64,000 bases of DNA from Candidatus Latescibacterota bacterium. Lineage in GTDB: Bacteria; Latescibacterota; UBA2968; UBA8231. Below are positions 63,029 to 64,000 of the stretch, in pieces. A program made the position numbers and the translations under genes. Position 1 is the stretch's first letter. Each line of letters begins with the position of its first letter. The stretch is taken from NCBI GenBank assembly GCA_965261395.1, contig OZ253462.1, positions 2,464,001 through 2,528,000 on the forward strand, written 5' to 3'. The notes under the pieces were generated by a model. That model was not told the origin of the DNA, did no database searches, and saw nothing but the letters and a program-made list of their open reading frames with translations.

Positions 63029-64000
63029 TGCGCCACCCCCACCGTCCCGGTGTGCACTTCCGCAAACGCATCCGACTGCACCCGCAACACCCAAATATAG
63101 GTCCCCGGCAACACCGTACTTCCATCTGCTCGCCGTCCGTCCCACTGCACCTCCACCGGCCCGATTCCTCGCTCATCGTCGAACACCTCATGCACCAATC
63201 GCCCCGATAGATCGAACAAGTCCAAGCGCACCGGCGCGGGCCGCGTTAGCTGCAACACGTTGAAATACACGTCGAGATGATCGTTGATCCCGTCGCCATT
63301 GGGCGTAAAAATGCGCGACCCGAACGCGATCTCGCCGACCAGCTTGCCGATCTGCGCCTTGGGGATCGCCACCGAGAGGTTCGATAGCTCGGGGAAATCT
63401 CCCGGCCCGAAATCCGTCGCCTCGCCTGGTGCCAACCGCTGCGGCACGGCGTCCGCACGGCTGTTGTAGACACGGCCCGAAAAGGTGGTGCCAAAGCGAA
63501 AAATAGGCAGATCGAAGGTGAACTCCAGCACTGCCCCGTCGTGGCGAATAAGGGGAAAACTGAGACCGAAGCTGTCGTCGCGAATAAAATCCATCGCAAA
63601 GTCGAGCGGCTGCCCGTCGAGTGTTACCTCACGCATCGCCGTGATTGGTACATTGGCGTCGATTTCCAACCGGTCAAAACCGCGCACCTCTCCGGTGGTG
63701 CGCAGTCGCACCGCGTAGCGGAAAGTCGCTGGCTTTTCCGCCTCGGCCAGCCGCGGAAAAACCTCGGCGTGCAGCGAGTCCGCCAGCGGCGGCTGTAGAT
63801 AGTCAAAGCGCAGCTCGTCAACTTGACGTGCCTCGAAGAGACCCGCCGCAAACTCGAAGCGGAACTGGATATAGCGGCGTGGGGTCGGTGCCCTCACCAG
63901 CTCGTCCATGCGCACTGCAAACCACGGGCTCCAGTGCTCGGTATCGCTGCGGATGCCGCCGCGATCAGCCAGCAATAGCGAATCGACATAGCTCTCGCGG
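63025..64000 (-). CDS. Family B secreted protein B5, C-terminal part (5' truncated by window edge)
   Basis: HWSPW, PRRYIQFR, AEVFP, GFDRLEI, FGTTFSGRV, FTPNGDGIND, WDGRR and terminal VGVAH. Confidence 0.8.
   Translation of the reverse strand, partial: RESYVDSLLLADRGGIRSDTEHWSPWFAVRMDELVRAPTPRRYIQFRFEFAAGLFEARQVDELRFDYLQPPLADSLHAEVFPRLAEAEKPATFRYAVRLRTTGEVRGFDRLEIDANVPITAMREVTLDGQPLDFAMDFIRDDSFGLSFPLIRHDGAVLEFTFDLPIFRFGTTFSGRVYNSRADAVPQRLAPGEATDFGPGDFPELSNLSVAIPKAQIGKLVGEIAFGSRIFTPNGDGINDHLDVYFNVLQLTRPAPVRLDLFDLSGRLVHEVFDDERGIGPVEVQWDGRRADGSTVLPGTYIWVLRVQSDAFAEVHTGTVGVAH

Noticed and set aside
63029-63145. N-terminal extension of A3 in the ORF track
   Set aside because: It overlaps the B5 CTD coding region; the signal peptide begins after the TTG at 63028.

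Overview
A GC-rich bacterial window with about 40 CDSs; no rRNA, tRNA or CRISPR array was seen. Gene content suggests an uncultured FCB-group bacterium, probably Candidatus Latescibacterota or a relative and possibly a sponge symbiont (inference only). The clues are many secreted proteins with FlgD-Ig/T9SS-like C-terminal domains, a TAVE..WGxIK C-terminal tail, several PhyH dioxygenases, sulfatase-superfamily enzymes and LRR/TPR proteins. The most striking structure is a repeated, apparently uncharacterised two-family surface system at two loci (18.6-35.7 kb on +, 57.2-64 kb on -). It has five paralogous secreted 'family B' proteins with discoidin-like parts and a TPNGDxxND FlgD-type C-terminal domain. 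Each run of B genes is followed by one of three paralogous ~880-aa 'family A' proteins with a conserved Asp/Asn-rich block and a predicted beta-barrel-like C-terminus; the last B gene of locus 2 (B4) has no A gene downstream. The loci also encode a SurA/PrsA-like chaperone, a GT-C/TPR protein, an LRR lipoprotein, a CBM9/DOMON-like protein and a sugar ABC transporter. Other highlights are (1) a membrane-less beta-propeller/Y_Y_Y-sigma54 activator fusion with a readable enhancer (three phased palindromes, IHF-like site, -24/-12 promoter) in front of a repeat-containing TlpA gene, (2) a 1440-aa STAND/NACHT-like NTPase with a C-terminal PD-(D/E)xK-like domain (defence candidate), (3) a Thr-type sulfatase and an HxG-type PhyH, and (4) an accessory region with higBA, an orphan antitoxin, an intact IS903-group IS in a PhyH pseudogene and an IS3 relic. 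All calls come from motif recognition by eye; no database searches were run.
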